Virus record (IMG/VR): IMGVR_UViG_3300037493_003061
Location: 789-64,788 of that record
DNA length: 64,000 bases
Direction: 5' to 3' (one strand)
Origin: a virus
Taxonomy: Duplodnaviria; Caudoviricetes
Below are positions 41,901 to 52,424 of the stretch, in pieces. The first letter of the stretch is position 1. Each line of letters begins with the position of its first letter. The translations under genes were made by a program, and so were the position numbers. The notes beneath the pieces are model-generated. The model did no database searches and was not told the DNA's origin. It saw nothing but the letters and a program-made list of their open reading frames with translations.

Positions 41901-44900
41901 ACCCCCATTAATTGTTAATGAATAATCTTTAGCAGGATTATTCGTCACCGGGTCATAATTCTTAACATAACTAAAACCTGACCAAGAAGTTTCTAACATA
42001 TCAGTCCCCGTTTCAACATATGATTTATATCTATGCCAAATTGAACCATATTTTAATATCCAAGCATATGGTACTCTATGAATAGCACCAAATTTTTTCA
42101 TCGTAGCAAAAATATAATCTAACTCAGTTGATACCCCTTTACCATCGTCGGTTTTATATTTTTCTCTTAATGTCGCTAAAGGTAAACTATTAATAAACAA
42201 ATAAGCCGCCGCTTTATATGGATACAAATCTGAGTTTCTAAAGTTATCCACCCCGTTCTGAATAGCATTAACAAAATAAGGAGTATTCAACATTGAAACC
42301 GTTTGGTTACTAACAACATTACCACTGTAATTATTATATTTTAAATTACCTTCAGTTAAAAATTGTCTATTAGGTGTTCTATAATCATAGAAATCTTTTA
42401 ACACTCCATACTTAATACGTGGCCCACCAACACTAATATTAGTACCTAAGAAATTGCTAAACGGTCGTTTATCTAATATGGCATTATCATCACTATTATA
42501 ATTCGTTATTAATTTTTTAGTGGTATTAAAATTTAATACTTTAGTAGTATTGAATGCGAAACTAGTATTACCTATTTTATCCCCATTACCCATTTTACTT
42601 TGTTCCCAAGTTAAACTAGTAAATGGATATAAATCAGTAAATGTGTTCACATTTGATTTTGTTGATGCCGATATATAATCACTCATCTCCTTTTCAGTAT
42701 TTAGTGAGATTGTGATATCTTTACCCGAAGTCACTTCCATAATTTCAAATGGACTATCGGTAGTATTATTTTTTAAATAAACCGTATTAAAAATACCCCT
42801 AATATAATTTTGCCAACTTTGACCAATCCCATCATTAGATATGTGTTTTAATGTTGGTATAATATTTTGTGAATTTAACGCGTAATTTTTTATTTTTAGA
42901 ATTAAAAATGGATTACTATTAGATAACGATTTTAACACATTATTACTCTCAACATCCGCTATAACTTTAGCCATTATATCTATTTCAGACGTACCATATA
43001 CCCTACTTAATTTTGTATAGTAAGTATAAATCATTAATCTTTCAAACAATTCATAAAAGAATTTAACTTCCTCTTTATTACCAAATATCTCATTACTTGC
43101 GGGATATTCCACAGCATTTAATGTAATTCTTTGTGTTTCAGTTAATTCATTATTACCTTCCGTAGGGTCAGCCGGTGGTGTTGTTCTTTCAACAAATCCT
43201 TTAATAAATTCCTCAACAAATTCAATCTCAGGCCATACATCAAATAAAAAACCTTTAGTTTTACTTACCAATTTAGAATCACCAGGATACTGTATTTCAT
43301 ATTTTTCATGACCATCTTCACCCGATGTTGCAACAATATATTGTGGCCAAGGATAAACAGGTATATTAGAATTTACATTAACATCTTTAGTGTCAGGACT
43401 AGCATTTGAAATTTCCTTATCAAAGATTGCATCTTTTCTAATCTTATCATCCCTCTTATCCCAAGCTTTAGTGTGAACCTCATCTAATAAACGTAAAAAT
43501 GCTTCACCATTAGCAAAAATAACCGCTAATACATTTCTAATGGTTGGGGTAAACCCAATACCATTATCCTTACTGACTAATAACTTAGCTAACGCTTCAG
43601 TTAATGCAGTTTCAATTTCACCACGGATTACTTTCAAATCTTTAGACATCTTACCCGTTAACTCCATAAAAGTGTTAGGACCTTCAAATTTAAACCATTC
43701 TGTTGAAATTATTTTAAAACCAAAAATTTTATCGTCAGACTTATCAAAGATTCCAGCTTTAATTAATTCATTTTTTAAATTAAGTTTATCATCCTCAGTA
43801 GGTTCGTTATTAAGTTTTTTGTATTGTTTATAAATTTTACCAAAATCAACTTGGTCAGGTATTACATTAGTTGCCCTGAATGTATTTTCACTTATACTAT
43901 TTTTAACCGTACATTTTTTATCAACACCATTAATTTTATAACCACCATTTAAACCAACGGTTATATTATTATTGAGTAATGGATTGTATTTACCAAGAAG
44001 TCCACCAAATAATTCAGTTTTAATGTTAGTTCTACTTTGTGGAGTTGAAAATTCTTTTTTATAGGTATAAACTTTAGTCCCATCTTTCAATATTAAAAAG
44101 TTGGTTCTATCCATATATTTATCAAACCAAGAACCTTTACCACCAGATAAGTATAAAAACACGTCTTTTTCAAAATCATTTAAAGTTGTTTGATATTTAT
44201 CCAAATTGTCTAAAGGTGTTAAATTTTCTTTAGTAAAACTATCTAAAGTATTTTTAACAAAGTTTTCAATATTATCCCTCATTTGTACAATAGTTAATTC
44301 AGGGAAATCATCAGGTACTAACCCTTTTGATTTATATTCATTGTACATTTCTTTTACTTTTTGATAACCTTTTTCAACTATTTGGTTATCAACATTTGAA
44401 AAGTTGCTAGGTCCCCCTTCTTGGGTCTGAACTTTTAATCTTGATTTATACATATGAGGTGTTGCAACAAGGTACCCCATACTAATTTCATTTAAAATAG
44501 TATATTTGTATGTATAAAAATTTAAACTAATTTTAAAATTCCCATCACCCGAATCATATCTTGATGAAAAACTTTGTAGCATTAAGGCTAATTTAACAGC
44601 TTTACCATAATAACCTTTAATAGTTAAATGGAACAACGGATAAGGTAAATTGAAGAAAGCTGCGTATGGCGAATTATCACCCGCTTCAAACAATGCACGA
44701 CCTTTAACATCTTCTAATTGGATGTCAACTCGTGGCATAAATGAAAGGTCCTGATTAATATTGATACTTGTCATTCCTAACAATCCATTATCAGTCGCAC
44801 CTACTTTACCATTAGAATTGGTTGTTTGTCTAATATACCAATCTTCTTTGTTTTTAGGGTTAAAAATTTGTTTTTGTGTTGGTTGGTTAACACCTTTACC

Positions 44901-45206
44901 ATCTAAAGAACCTTGACCAGTTATTTCATTAGTATAGGCATTATCTAATAATCCTTTACCACCAGGATTTAGAAAATTAATTGACGCTAATGAGACTGTT
45001 TGGATAGCGTCGCCATTTGCCGACCCTACCGCTAATTTCGTTCTCGGTAATACTCTACACTCTAAGTTAGCGTACATTACCAAATTTTCTTGTTTTACAT
45101 ATCGTTCTTTCACATTACCATCTAAATCAACCACCTTATTCGGGTCAACTATTGTGATATTATTGTAATCAAATTCAACTAAAATATTTTCTATTTTATC
45201 TACCAT
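38907..45206 (-). CDS. Giant baseplate hub protein with possible C-terminal lysozyme-like/GH73 domain
   Basis: Hub-like N-terminus (LLGMTSINI, PYPLFHLTIKGYYG), hub-like C-segment (VSMMGNALIQP..F..Y.I..V.H.I), and terminal ALYVESANG...ENNYAGV. Confidence 0.55.
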   Translation of the reverse strand: MVDKIENILVEFDYNNITIVDPNKVVDLDGNVKERYVKQENLVMYANLECRVLPRTKLAVGSANGDAIQTVSLASINFLNPGGKGLLDNAYTNEITGQGSLDGKGVNQPTQKQIFNPKNKEDWYIRQTTNSNGKVGATDNGLLGMTSININQDLSFMPRVDIQLEDVKGRALFEAGDNSPYAAFFNLPYPLFHLTIKGYYGKAVKLALMLQSFSSRYDSGDGNFKISLNFYTYKYTILNEISMGYLVATPHMYKSRLKVQTQEGGPSNFSNVDNQIVEKGYQKVKEMYNEYKSKGLVPDDFPELTIVQMRDNIENFVKNTLDSFTKENLTPLDNLDKYQTTLNDFEKDVFLYLSGGKGSWFDKYMDRTNFLILKDGTKVYTYKKEFSTPQSRTNIKTELFGGLLGKYNPLLNNNITVGLNGGYKINGVDKKCTVKNSISENTFRATNVIPDQVDFGKIYKQYKKLNNEPTEDDKLNLKNELIKAGIFDKSDDKIFGFKIISTEWFKFEGPNTFMELTGKMSKDLKVIRGEIETALTEALAKLLVSKDNGIGFTPTIRNVLAVIFANGEAFLRLLDEVHTKAWDKRDDKIRKDAIFDKEISNASPDTKDVNVNSNIPVYPWPQYIVATSGEDGHEKYEIQYPGDSKLVSKTKGFLFDVWPEIEFVEEFIKGFVERTTPPADPTEGNNELTETQRITLNAVEYPASNEIFGNKEEVKFFYELFERLMIYTYYTKLSRVYGTSEIDIMAKVIADVESNNVLKSLSNSNPFLILKIKNYALNSQNIIPTLKHISNDGIGQSWQNYIRGIFNTVYLKNNTTDSPFEIMEVTSGKDITISLNTEKEMSDYISASTKSNVNTFTDLYPFTSLTWEQSKMGNGDKIGNTSFAFNTTKVLNFNTTKKLITNYNSDDNAILDKRPFSNFLGTNISVGGPRIKYGVLKDFYDYRTPNRQFLTEGNLKYNNYSGNVVSNQTVSMLNTPYFVNAIQNGVDNFRNSDLYPYKAAAYLFINSLPLATLREKYKTDDGKGVSTELDYIFATMKKFGAIHRVPYAWILKYGSIWHRYKSYVETGTDMLETSWSGFSYVKNYDPVTNNPAKDYSLTINGGNYDIILEKNTSITNSVSSLVNVGFYPKTINDFNVFYQGFMLYSGYTSSDIQKGITSGLTLNYVDSAIINKSNNLLNSTVAAPRDLMVIPWTIHVKTLDDKSFFLMPSEGSILNQTENECFKPDGTQSIEITGNTAVYDGSVRSFWAAPNYGYFDINKLVKPSPSQYLKEIFSGQSGQENFSINGKGDQYSEIEEMFSVFEKEVLDMFETEFLNYSKSIYDSLDGDYLRNFQGMMRNLAKIPKTTGDTTNELVLKMQDEQVKNFNLYITNFLNYNKLIKYGNPSSYDKKLFYTFSNLSIVDPYTFGNYTIQTPNALPPNTTLATSITTYPDEWKALKTYVGFSTIDKLVYDNNGSYITDFFIDNNVSFDVLNIKNFAPLIKIYATAKLKDNTYNSVKFLTSMTQYIREIDSFQDKVFNNVMITLNKKLPNVNNSPENQIASDLEGPQTKIELWESFKSLNDKWISGNDFKVKTLFEDVLLLDRASRNIGDKVLVDVYKLKNRLQNILDSPKVSMLVFIQTLLQENNFVVHNLPSYVNFYNVQDVSKNPKPKPEGSLEFANTLFGTFMNVDYRESGPKMVCYYANKNSEQLDLKDNVDYRYRNDAFDLRRVDNPLVENQVGKKDWDKSNKVVGFNVDIGPQNQSMFYGFMVDQKNSSSTVESLEVLNQTANQAGNRGGSTQSLSLYNLYKNRSYTCTVSMMGNALIQPTMYFNLRYVPMFNGPYMIQTVSHSITQGSFETIITGIRQPTASLPKIDGYIQTLRTNLLKSVIENNKKDRIAKEKSTKNADGTAKSQQEKIQAISGGDKELTQPQSCKPVSPYDTYHDITPTINNSTFSKVKHDLRNVISSDNINESNLQYVVFAALYVESANGDLKMTAYENNYAGVTLSGGKWGYASKFFDNNKQFYCLTSANDSTTLPYAIFNDLYNHLKFVVARFKDRMSGVEVTASSIAKFLIINNLTINGPTMKSINVYDSYDKTKLKNLENKVQKSIDVFNATN

Positions 45207-45522
45207 AATATAAGAAGTGGTTATCTAATGCATTTTTATAATCCTGTAAAGAAGCTATTAAAGGAACTGGAATTGTCAAGATAGAACCATCAGGAATATT
45301 CCATTCTAATCCTCCATACATAGGATTCGCAACTAAAATTAACCACCCAAAGTATGGGGCACCATAATATTGTTGTGATAAAATATCTAATCTTGATTGT
45401 CCAACCTTGTAAATATATCGTTTATCACTAGTTTTAGACGGTAATGTTATGTACGGAACAACCGTTTGTTCACCATTTAAAACAAAATTGTTATATCTAT
45501 TATAATATTGTCTTCCAGCCAT
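45196..45522 (-). CDS. LysM-like baseplate protein (T4 gp53 / P2 gpX-like)
   Basis: RLDILSQQYYG.PYFGWLILVANP...IPDGSILTIP. Confidence 0.75.
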   Translation of the reverse strand: MAGRQYYNRYNNFVLNGEQTVVPYITLPSKTSDKRYIYKVGQSRLDILSQQYYGAPYFGWLILVANPMYGGLEWNIPDGSILTIPVPLIASLQDYKNALDNHFLYYGR

Positions 45523-48500
45523 TATAGTTTTATTTTACCATCAAAAATTGTTAATGTTATTTGTCCATAATTAGTAGTACCATAAATATTTTTAAGGGTC
45601 TGTTCTTGTGTCGCTTGTGTTGCAGTGTTTTTAACCGTAGTATAATTCATTCGTCTTGTCTTACCTTTAGGATACATTAATTCCGTTATGTCAGTAGTAT
45701 ATTTAGTATATTTTTTATTTTTCTTAAAATTAGTGATAAGTTTTTCTTCATCTTTTAACTCTTTTCTATAATCATCAGATAAATCATCACACTTTTTATT
45801 AAAAAACTTTCTAATTTTTTTATTCGCATCATTAGTTAATGGTCCCGAAATAACAAAATCTTTAAACCCTTGTAATTTATTAGAATCACTTAAAACTCTA
45901 GCCATAACCATAAAAAACAATACATCTTCAATTTTACTATTTAATGGTTCAAATGGTTTTGCATCATCTTTCTTATATTCAACTATTAATTTTTCATCAT
46001 TTAATAATTTGTTGAATGATTTTAAACCATCAGGTAATTTCCCATAATCTTTTTCAAATTCGGTAAATGTGTCTGAAGCATTACTTGTACTAGCAACATC
46101 ACCAGCTTTTACTGAACCTGTAATATTATAAACTTTAGGAGTTAACCCATCAACAATTTTACCATCAGTTTTAGTACTCAATAAATTAAGTTGTCTAATT
46201 AAACCGATTAAATCATTTTGTTGTGATGTCATATCACTAATAATAGTTGATAAACCAGAATTATAATCACTAATCATGTTATTCACATATTGTTCCATAT
46301 TTTGTCTTAATATTTTCATACCAACCGTTCCATCCGATTTATCAACATTTTTTATAATATAAGCAATTATTGGGTTAAGTTCCCCCGTTTTAATACTAAC
46401 AATAACTTTTTCAAATAATGTTTTAGTTAATTCATTAACATCAGGTTTACCATAGATAATATTAGTATTCATTTTACCACCAATAGTACCATCCGTATAA
46501 TCACGAGTACCAATATTATTCATCAATTGTAAAGTACCATAATTATATTGTAAGATAACTTTCTCCATTTGATTAGGTATATTTGTATAATAATTTTTAG
46601 ACACATCAATTAAGGTATCCATAACTTTACCATAAATAATTTCACCCGTTTGTCCACCTTCAACGGGGTTTTCAGTTTTTATTTCACCAATAGTATTACC
46701 ACCTTTATTAGGTTGTTGGTTATTAACGGTTTCATTTTTACTGTTATCAGAATTCGCAACTATCTCATCAAATACTTTTTTATCTAACGCTTCAGTATCT
46801 TCAGTCCAAGTTGCTCTTTCATCATATATCTCAGTATTTGCATAATAATTGAAGGACAATGCATTTTGTAATTGGTCAACAGGACCTTTTAATCCCATAC
46901 CACCAATTATGTTAAACCCTAAACTAACCTCAACTATCATTGGTTGAACACCAATACCTTCAGGGTTCATATCAAATAATATAGGGTCATATGAAAAACT
47001 AAGACTATTCGGTATAATTTTAGTATTATAAAAATCACCAATTCTAAGTACTAAGACAGGTGCTGAACCAAATGATGTATTTGTTGCATCATTATAAACT
47101 GGTTTACCATCAGGACCTATCACAGGAATTGTATCACCAGGTCTAACACATTGATTTAAAAATGTTATACGAGAATTTAACCCTTCAGGTGTCATTGAGT
47201 GAAACGCTGGATTGAAGTATTTGATTTTTTCTTTTAATGAACTATAAATCATTGGGTCATTCTCCTTAATCATTTCAAAATAATCACACTCCGATAATAA
47301 CACTCTCAATACTTTTTTACTTAAACCTTTTTTTAATTTTTCACTAACACTAACTGTTGGTTGTGGCTCAATTGGTTTAACATCAATATCAATAGTTGTA
47401 GGTTTTTCTTCAACTTTAGGTGGTTCTGGTGGTGGCATAGGTGTTGCCGTAATATTTTGTATGTTAACACGTCTACACGCCATCGCACTTAATGCAAATG
47501 TTTGAGACACACCATTACTAACACCATTACTTCCCGATATATCAACATGACAATCTATAGATTCACCCGAACCCCCACCACCTTTTGGTGCTATCACGGT
47601 TTCAATTTCACCTTTAGCGGTCGCCGAAACAACTTTAAATTGTTCTTTACCCGCAACCATAAATTCACCTAAGTTAGCATCACCTATTTTAGTATTTTTA
47701 AAAAACTCTTTAACCGAATTAATTCTTCGTTCAGATAACGATTTATTATAATCTACCGAAGCAACAGCCGATGCCGAACCAATCATGGTTACGGTAATAG
47801 ATTTTAACTTTTTACTTTTAAGTAAATTATATGCTTCGACAATAAACCCATCAGTTTTTGTAATTGTTTCATAATTACTTTTAATTAAATTAAAAAAAGA
47901 GTCAGTATTACGATTTATATTACCAACAGCAAATGTTACTGATGATTTATCAAAATATTTTTTAATATTACTATCACTAGTATATGCATCATAAGTTGAT
48001 TTATAATCAGTTCCCGAAGTTTTAGGTATATCATTTTCAAAGTAAAAAGAAAAATCTTTATACTTATTTTCAAAATCTTTTGCCGAAGTATCCGAAGTTG
48101 TTACCGTCTTTTGTGGGTCACCAGTACTAGCGGTACTACCACCCGTACTCGTATTTTCCGCAGGTATAGACTGTTTTAACACAGACAACTCTTCAGGAGT
48201 TAACCTTGGGTTATTTAATGTATCTTGTATTTGTTGTAATTCATTAACAGGTATTTTTGGGTATTTAGCTGCTAAAGTATATAAATCAAATTTAGCACAC
48301 CCCGCAAAAAATGATTCTAATATAGAATTTGCTCTATCTGAACTAGCATCTTTTAATTGGTAATTAACTATCGTATTTAAAATTGAAGGATGGTCAACAA
48401 TAATTTTCCAACTTAATTGACCACTTCTACTTGTTTGTTTGTAAGTATATATTGGTTCAGGTCTACCAATGAAATTAGTCGGATTCCAATCCGCTTGACT

Positions 48501-50312
48501 TGAATCACTAAACTTAATATCATATGGTGGAAACCACATAACACGTCCACCATTAGAACCTCTTTCACATACCGGTAAATCACTTACTCGGAATCCTTCA
48601 CGACCAGAATTTCTCCAAGCTAAATTCTCAATTGAGAACATATATTTTTTAGCATAACCACCGTCATCATTCCATCCTGACCCTTTAACAATATTTGTTG
48701 ACCCAGGATTTTTTAATGGTGCAATATTAAGGTTATAAGTATTATCTAATACTGAATTATTAAATCGTCGTCCTGATGTTGTAATACCATCAGTTTTTTG
48801 TAAATCGGCGTAAGTATAATATGGTATATCTTTAGCAAATACCCTACAATATTCAATACCAGCTTGAGCACCCGTTGTGTTATCACTATATGATACAACT
48901 TGAGACCCTTTAGTCATTTCTTTATACCCATCATTAAACACTTTGGACACTTGATTAATAGCATTACCAACATGTTTTAATCTATTAGGACCAGTAACGT
49001 TATCTGCAGAATTAACTAACTTTTGAGTATTATCAAGTATTGAATTAGGTTTTAATTTTAAATTAGTTGATTCTGAACTTTGATATTTAGAACTAATAAT
49101 ATTAAATTGACCATCTTTACTACCTGTTCCACCACCAACTGTTGGTTTAAAACCAGCATTACCTTTATACTTAGGTGATGTCCAAACAAAATCACCATCA
49201 ATACTTTTACCGTTCCCACCTAAACCAAATTTTAAAGAACCAATATTACCTTCGTATAATTTAGAAATTTCATCAGGACCATAAACAGGTGCTAACACTT
49301 GTTGACCCATAGAGTTAACAGGTATTTGATTTGCCGGTGAAACTATTTGTGAGGGGTCAGAATTTGGACTACCAATATAAAAACTACTAACAACAGTTCC
49401 ATTTGGGTTTATATCATTTTTAACACCATTAACTAATCCTGTAACCCCACCAATTTCCGAGTCATAATTAGGTTTATATCTATTATAATATAAATTCGCA
49501 AATAATGCGGATTTTTGACCATTACCCGTGTTAGCTAAAAATATTTGTGATGGATTTCGTTTTAGATTTAAAATTGGCCCAAGTAATCCTCCTGTTAATT
49601 GATTTACAGTACTTAATGCTCCCGCAGTTTGTGATGTTGGTAAACCATTATTTACGTTTTCATCAAAATAATCACCAGGAATAAACGATACTGGCCAATA
49701 AGAACCTGAAATTCTTGTTGCAAAATCAACCGCTGCAAGAATAGGACTCTCAGGAATAGTAATACTCCAATTTCTATAAATTAGAGGTTCTTGTCCAGTT
49801 GCAATCAATGTTGCTTGGAATGGGTCTTGTAATGAGTTTAAATTAACAACACCAACTGTATTTTGATAAATTTGAAAATTTATTCTTTCTTCAAATGCTT
49901 TCTTTAAAAAAGTTGCGCCTAATTTAGCAATATACGAGTCCTGAGATAATGAACCATCAGAACCTGTAGGATTATTATTTAATAGTATTGAATATGGTGT
50001 GTATTTTGACGGTAAAAAACTTTCTAAATATGGTCCTTGATTTGGCGCATTATTTAATACCTGTAAATCATACATATTTAATTTGTACCCCCCATTAGGT
50101 CCAAAACCATTAATCACATAATAATTTGTTGGTGATAAAATATTAAGATTATTAGGTGAATCAATCACACTAAAATTACTTAAACCTGTTTCATAATTAA
50201 TTACCCCACTAGGTGGACTATAAGTACCCGTTACACTATATGGACTTAAATTCTTAACAATTAAGGCATTTCTAAATTTTGTTGTAGACGCAAATGATAA
50301 TGGACTTGGCAT
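45522..50312 (-). CDS. Baseplate/tube-initiator protein with inserted OmpA-like domain
   Basis: WFPPYDIKFSDS..ADW....IGRPEPIYTY and P.LVLRIGDFY..I.SLSFSY flank an OmpA-like FYFEND...GSAS..N.SLSERR..SV...RRV domain. Confidence 0.6.
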   Translation of the reverse strand: MPSPLSFASTTKFRNALIVKNLSPYSVTGTYSPPSGVINYETGLSNFSVIDSPNNLNILSPTNYYVINGFGPNGGYKLNMYDLQVLNNAPNQGPYLESFLPSKYTPYSILLNNNPTGSDGSLSQDSYIAKLGATFLKKAFEERINFQIYQNTVGVVNLNSLQDPFQATLIATGQEPLIYRNWSITIPESPILAAVDFATRISGSYWPVSFIPGDYFDENVNNGLPTSQTAGALSTVNQLTGGLLGPILNLKRNPSQIFLANTGNGQKSALFANLYYNRYKPNYDSEIGGVTGLVNGVKNDINPNGTVVSSFYIGSPNSDPSQIVSPANQIPVNSMGQQVLAPVYGPDEISKLYEGNIGSLKFGLGGNGKSIDGDFVWTSPKYKGNAGFKPTVGGGTGSKDGQFNIISSKYQSSESTNLKLKPNSILDNTQKLVNSADNVTGPNRLKHVGNAINQVSKVFNDGYKEMTKGSQVVSYSDNTTGAQAGIEYCRVFAKDIPYYTYADLQKTDGITTSGRRFNNSVLDNTYNLNIAPLKNPGSTNIVKGSGWNDDGGYAKKYMFSIENLAWRNSGREGFRVSDLPVCERGSNGGRVMWFPPYDIKFSDSSQADWNPTNFIGRPEPIYTYKQTSRSGQLSWKIIVDHPSILNTIVNYQLKDASSDRANSILESFFAGCAKFDLYTLAAKYPKIPVNELQQIQDTLNNPRLTPEELSVLKQSIPAENTSTGGSTASTGDPQKTVTTSDTSAKDFENKYKDFSFYFENDIPKTSGTDYKSTYDAYTSDSNIKKYFDKSSVTFAVGNINRNTDSFFNLIKSNYETITKTDGFIVEAYNLLKSKKLKSITVTMIGSASAVASVDYNKSLSERRINSVKEFFKNTKIGDANLGEFMVAGKEQFKVVSATAKGEIETVIAPKGGGGSGESIDCHVDISGSNGVSNGVSQTFALSAMACRRVNIQNITATPMPPPEPPKVEEKPTTIDIDVKPIEPQPTVSVSEKLKKGLSKKVLRVLLSECDYFEMIKENDPMIYSSLKEKIKYFNPAFHSMTPEGLNSRITFLNQCVRPGDTIPVIGPDGKPVYNDATNTSFGSAPVLVLRIGDFYNTKIIPNSLSFSYDPILFDMNPEGIGVQPMIVEVSLGFNIIGGMGLKGPVDQLQNALSFNYYANTEIYDERATWTEDTEALDKKVFDEIVANSDNSKNETVNNQQPNKGGNTIGEIKTENPVEGGQTGEIIYGKVMDTLIDVSKNYYTNIPNQMEKVILQYNYGTLQLMNNIGTRDYTDGTIGGKMNTNIIYGKPDVNELTKTLFEKVIVSIKTGELNPIIAYIIKNVDKSDGTVGMKILRQNMEQYVNNMISDYNSGLSTIISDMTSQQNDLIGLIRQLNLLSTKTDGKIVDGLTPKVYNITGSVKAGDVASTSNASDTFTEFEKDYGKLPDGLKSFNKLLNDEKLIVEYKKDDAKPFEPLNSKIEDVLFFMVMARVLSDSNKLQGFKDFVISGPLTNDANKKIRKFFNKKCDDLSDDYRKELKDEEKLITNFKKNKKYTKYTTDITELMYPKGKTRRMNYTTVKNTATQATQEQTLKNIYGTTNYGQITLTIFDGKIKL

Positions 50313-50326
50313 TTATATTATTTTAT

Positions 50327-50334
50327 TATAAATA
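50327..50334 (-). promoter_or_regulatory. Putative late-promoter motif TATTTATA
   Basis: 15 nt upstream of the start at 50312. Confidence 0.55.
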
Positions 50335-50350
50335 GATTATTGGGTAGTTT

Positions 50351-52216
50351 TTAAACTAGTAATCCGTTGTTAGTTACCGTTTCTTTTAATTTTTTGTTTA
50401 AGGCTTGTAATGTTTCGGTTTTATTTAAAATTTCCATTACTTTAGTTTCTGACATATTACCTGAATCAATCTTAATTGTTAATGTAATATCGTGTGTATT
50501 TTTATTTTCACTAACCGTACCATTTGTTTGAGTATTCATAGGTTGATTCAACATATTTAATTTCTCCAAAAATTCGGGACCTTTCGTCATTGAAATGAAA
50601 GAATCTTCAGGTAAAAATTGTATTTCTTGCCCAGGTATTTTAAGAGTGTCTTGACCTATTTTGTGTGTTGTTTCAGTTTCCCCTTCCTTACCATCAGTTT
50701 TACCATTAGAAAAATCAAAAAATCCTGATAATTCTGTTTTTGCTTTTTCTAACGTACCAACAAAAGATGTATCAATATATTTACCTAAGTCTGTAAATGT
50801 TTCACTTAATTTTCCCATATTAACATTACCCGACTCAAAGGAATCTAATAAACCTTTAGTAGTAATATCAATTTGTTCTCTAAGTTGAGTTGTTGTCGTT
50901 CCGGCCTTTTTATCGTCAAATATATTTGACAATTTTTGTGACCCTTCTTTAGTTTTTTTCAGAACCTTACTTGCGGCTTTTGAACCGGCTAACGCATATC
51001 CAGGTTTTTCAGAGATAGTTTTTAAACTAGCTGCCATTGTTTGTAATACACTTAATTGGTCTTCTGCTAATTTTGTAATGTCTTTAGGTTTTTGAGATTC
51101 AAAAAATGCCGTTTTCTGTTCGTCATTCATCGCACTCATTTCCATCATCGCCTCTTCCATACTCATCGTCTTACTACCTTCATCAGTTTTCATGGTAATT
51201 TTATATTCACCATCTTTACCCATTTCAGACATATTAGCTATCATTGTCTTTTCCTCTTCGGTAAAGTTTCCAGTGAATCTAATTTTTGACATTTTATCAT
51301 TAAGTTCAGCACTACTTAACGCCATTTTAGCCAATGTACCTTGAGTCATACCCATAGCCTTTTCAACCTCCTCCATTTGTCGTTTAGCACCAGGTAGAAT
51401 TTCAAATTGACCCTTTTCATTTAATGTTGCAAATTGTTTTGACATTTCAACAATTTGATTTTGTAATTCAGCTGGGTCATTTTGAGCTAAATCCATTAAA
51501 CGAAGTGGGTCTAATAAATCAGATTGCGCAATACCTAATCTTTGTAATGATGCCGCCATTTCAATTGCTGATTCAGGATTGAATGCCTTATCCATAGTAT
51601 TTCCAATATCTCTAATGCTAACCCTCATATTAATAGCTTGTGCCGCCATTTTAGCAAGACCGTCAACACCCCCTTGGAATGTATACTTATTCATAAGGTC
51701 AAGATTTGATGCAACTTCAGCACCAACTTTTTGAGCACTAACACCAATTTCTCTGGCCCTATCCATAATTTTTTGGATTTCACCACTAGATTGATATAAA
51801 GATATACCAACATCTTTTAAATCGGTAATTAATGAATCGGCCATTGGCCCCATCACTTCTTGGGCTGCAAATAAATCCTTATAAGCTTCACTAGATACTA
51901 CTAAATTACGTCCAAAAGAATCGGAAACTTGGTTCTGTATTTTAAGGATAGCGTCAAATCCGCCACCTAATTTAGTAACTTCAACAACCGCATCAGACAT
52001 ACTGATTTTTAAGTTATCTATTTGGTCTCTACCTTGACCAAATTTTTTGATAACACCAGTTGTTTTTTCATCAACATCTTCAATAATTTTACTAATTTGT
52101 CTATAATCAATTGCGTCAGTAAATGCTTTACCTAAACTTTCACCAATATTACTTAAACCATCAGATATATTTTTTGTAGTTTTACCAATACCATCAGCAC
52201 CCTCTGTTCCTGCCAT
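50351..52216 (-). CDS. Tape measure protein
   Basis: Alpha-helical A/M/Q/K-rich 621 aa, directly downstream of the tube and chaperone genes. Confidence 0.7.
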   Translation of the reverse strand: MAGTEGADGIGKTTKNISDGLSNIGESLGKAFTDAIDYRQISKIIEDVDEKTTGVIKKFGQGRDQIDNLKISMSDAVVEVTKLGGGFDAILKIQNQVSDSFGRNLVVSSEAYKDLFAAQEVMGPMADSLITDLKDVGISLYQSSGEIQKIMDRAREIGVSAQKVGAEVASNLDLMNKYTFQGGVDGLAKMAAQAINMRVSIRDIGNTMDKAFNPESAIEMAASLQRLGIAQSDLLDPLRLMDLAQNDPAELQNQIVEMSKQFATLNEKGQFEILPGAKRQMEEVEKAMGMTQGTLAKMALSSAELNDKMSKIRFTGNFTEEEKTMIANMSEMGKDGEYKITMKTDEGSKTMSMEEAMMEMSAMNDEQKTAFFESQKPKDITKLAEDQLSVLQTMAASLKTISEKPGYALAGSKAASKVLKKTKEGSQKLSNIFDDKKAGTTTTQLREQIDITTKGLLDSFESGNVNMGKLSETFTDLGKYIDTSFVGTLEKAKTELSGFFDFSNGKTDGKEGETETTHKIGQDTLKIPGQEIQFLPEDSFISMTKGPEFLEKLNMLNQPMNTQTNGTVSENKNTHDITLTIKIDSGNMSETKVMEILNKTETLQALNKKLKETVTNNGLLV

Positions 52217-52241
52217 AATTTATCAATATTATATAATAATA

Positions 52242-52280
52242 AATACCCCAAAGAATATTTTACTAATCCTTTGGGGTATT
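52242..52280 (-). terminator. 12-bp inverted repeat between the chaperone extension and tape measure
   Basis: aataccccaaag ... ctttggggtatt; overlaps the TATTTATT motif at 52238-52245. Confidence 0.5.
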
Positions 52281-52424
52281 ATCTTCAATGATTTTATTAA
52301 TCAGATATTTTCTTATATAGGTCGGGATATTTAGATAATCGGGATACGACATTCTTAAAAATCTCGCCAAAATATAAAATTCATCTATTAAATATTTCAC
52401 ATAATTAGAAGAAAGGGCGAAAAA
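52263..52424 (-). CDS. Tail-chaperone extension ('T' segment), probably reached by frameshift
   Basis: Overlaps the chaperone 3' end in the +1 frame at GAG TTT TTT CGC; encodes FFALSSNYVKYLIDEFYILARF.RMSY.D...IPTYIRKYLI. Confidence 0.6.
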   Translation of the reverse strand, partial: FFALSSNYVKYLIDEFYILARFLRMSYPDYLNIPTYIRKYLINKIIEDNTPKD

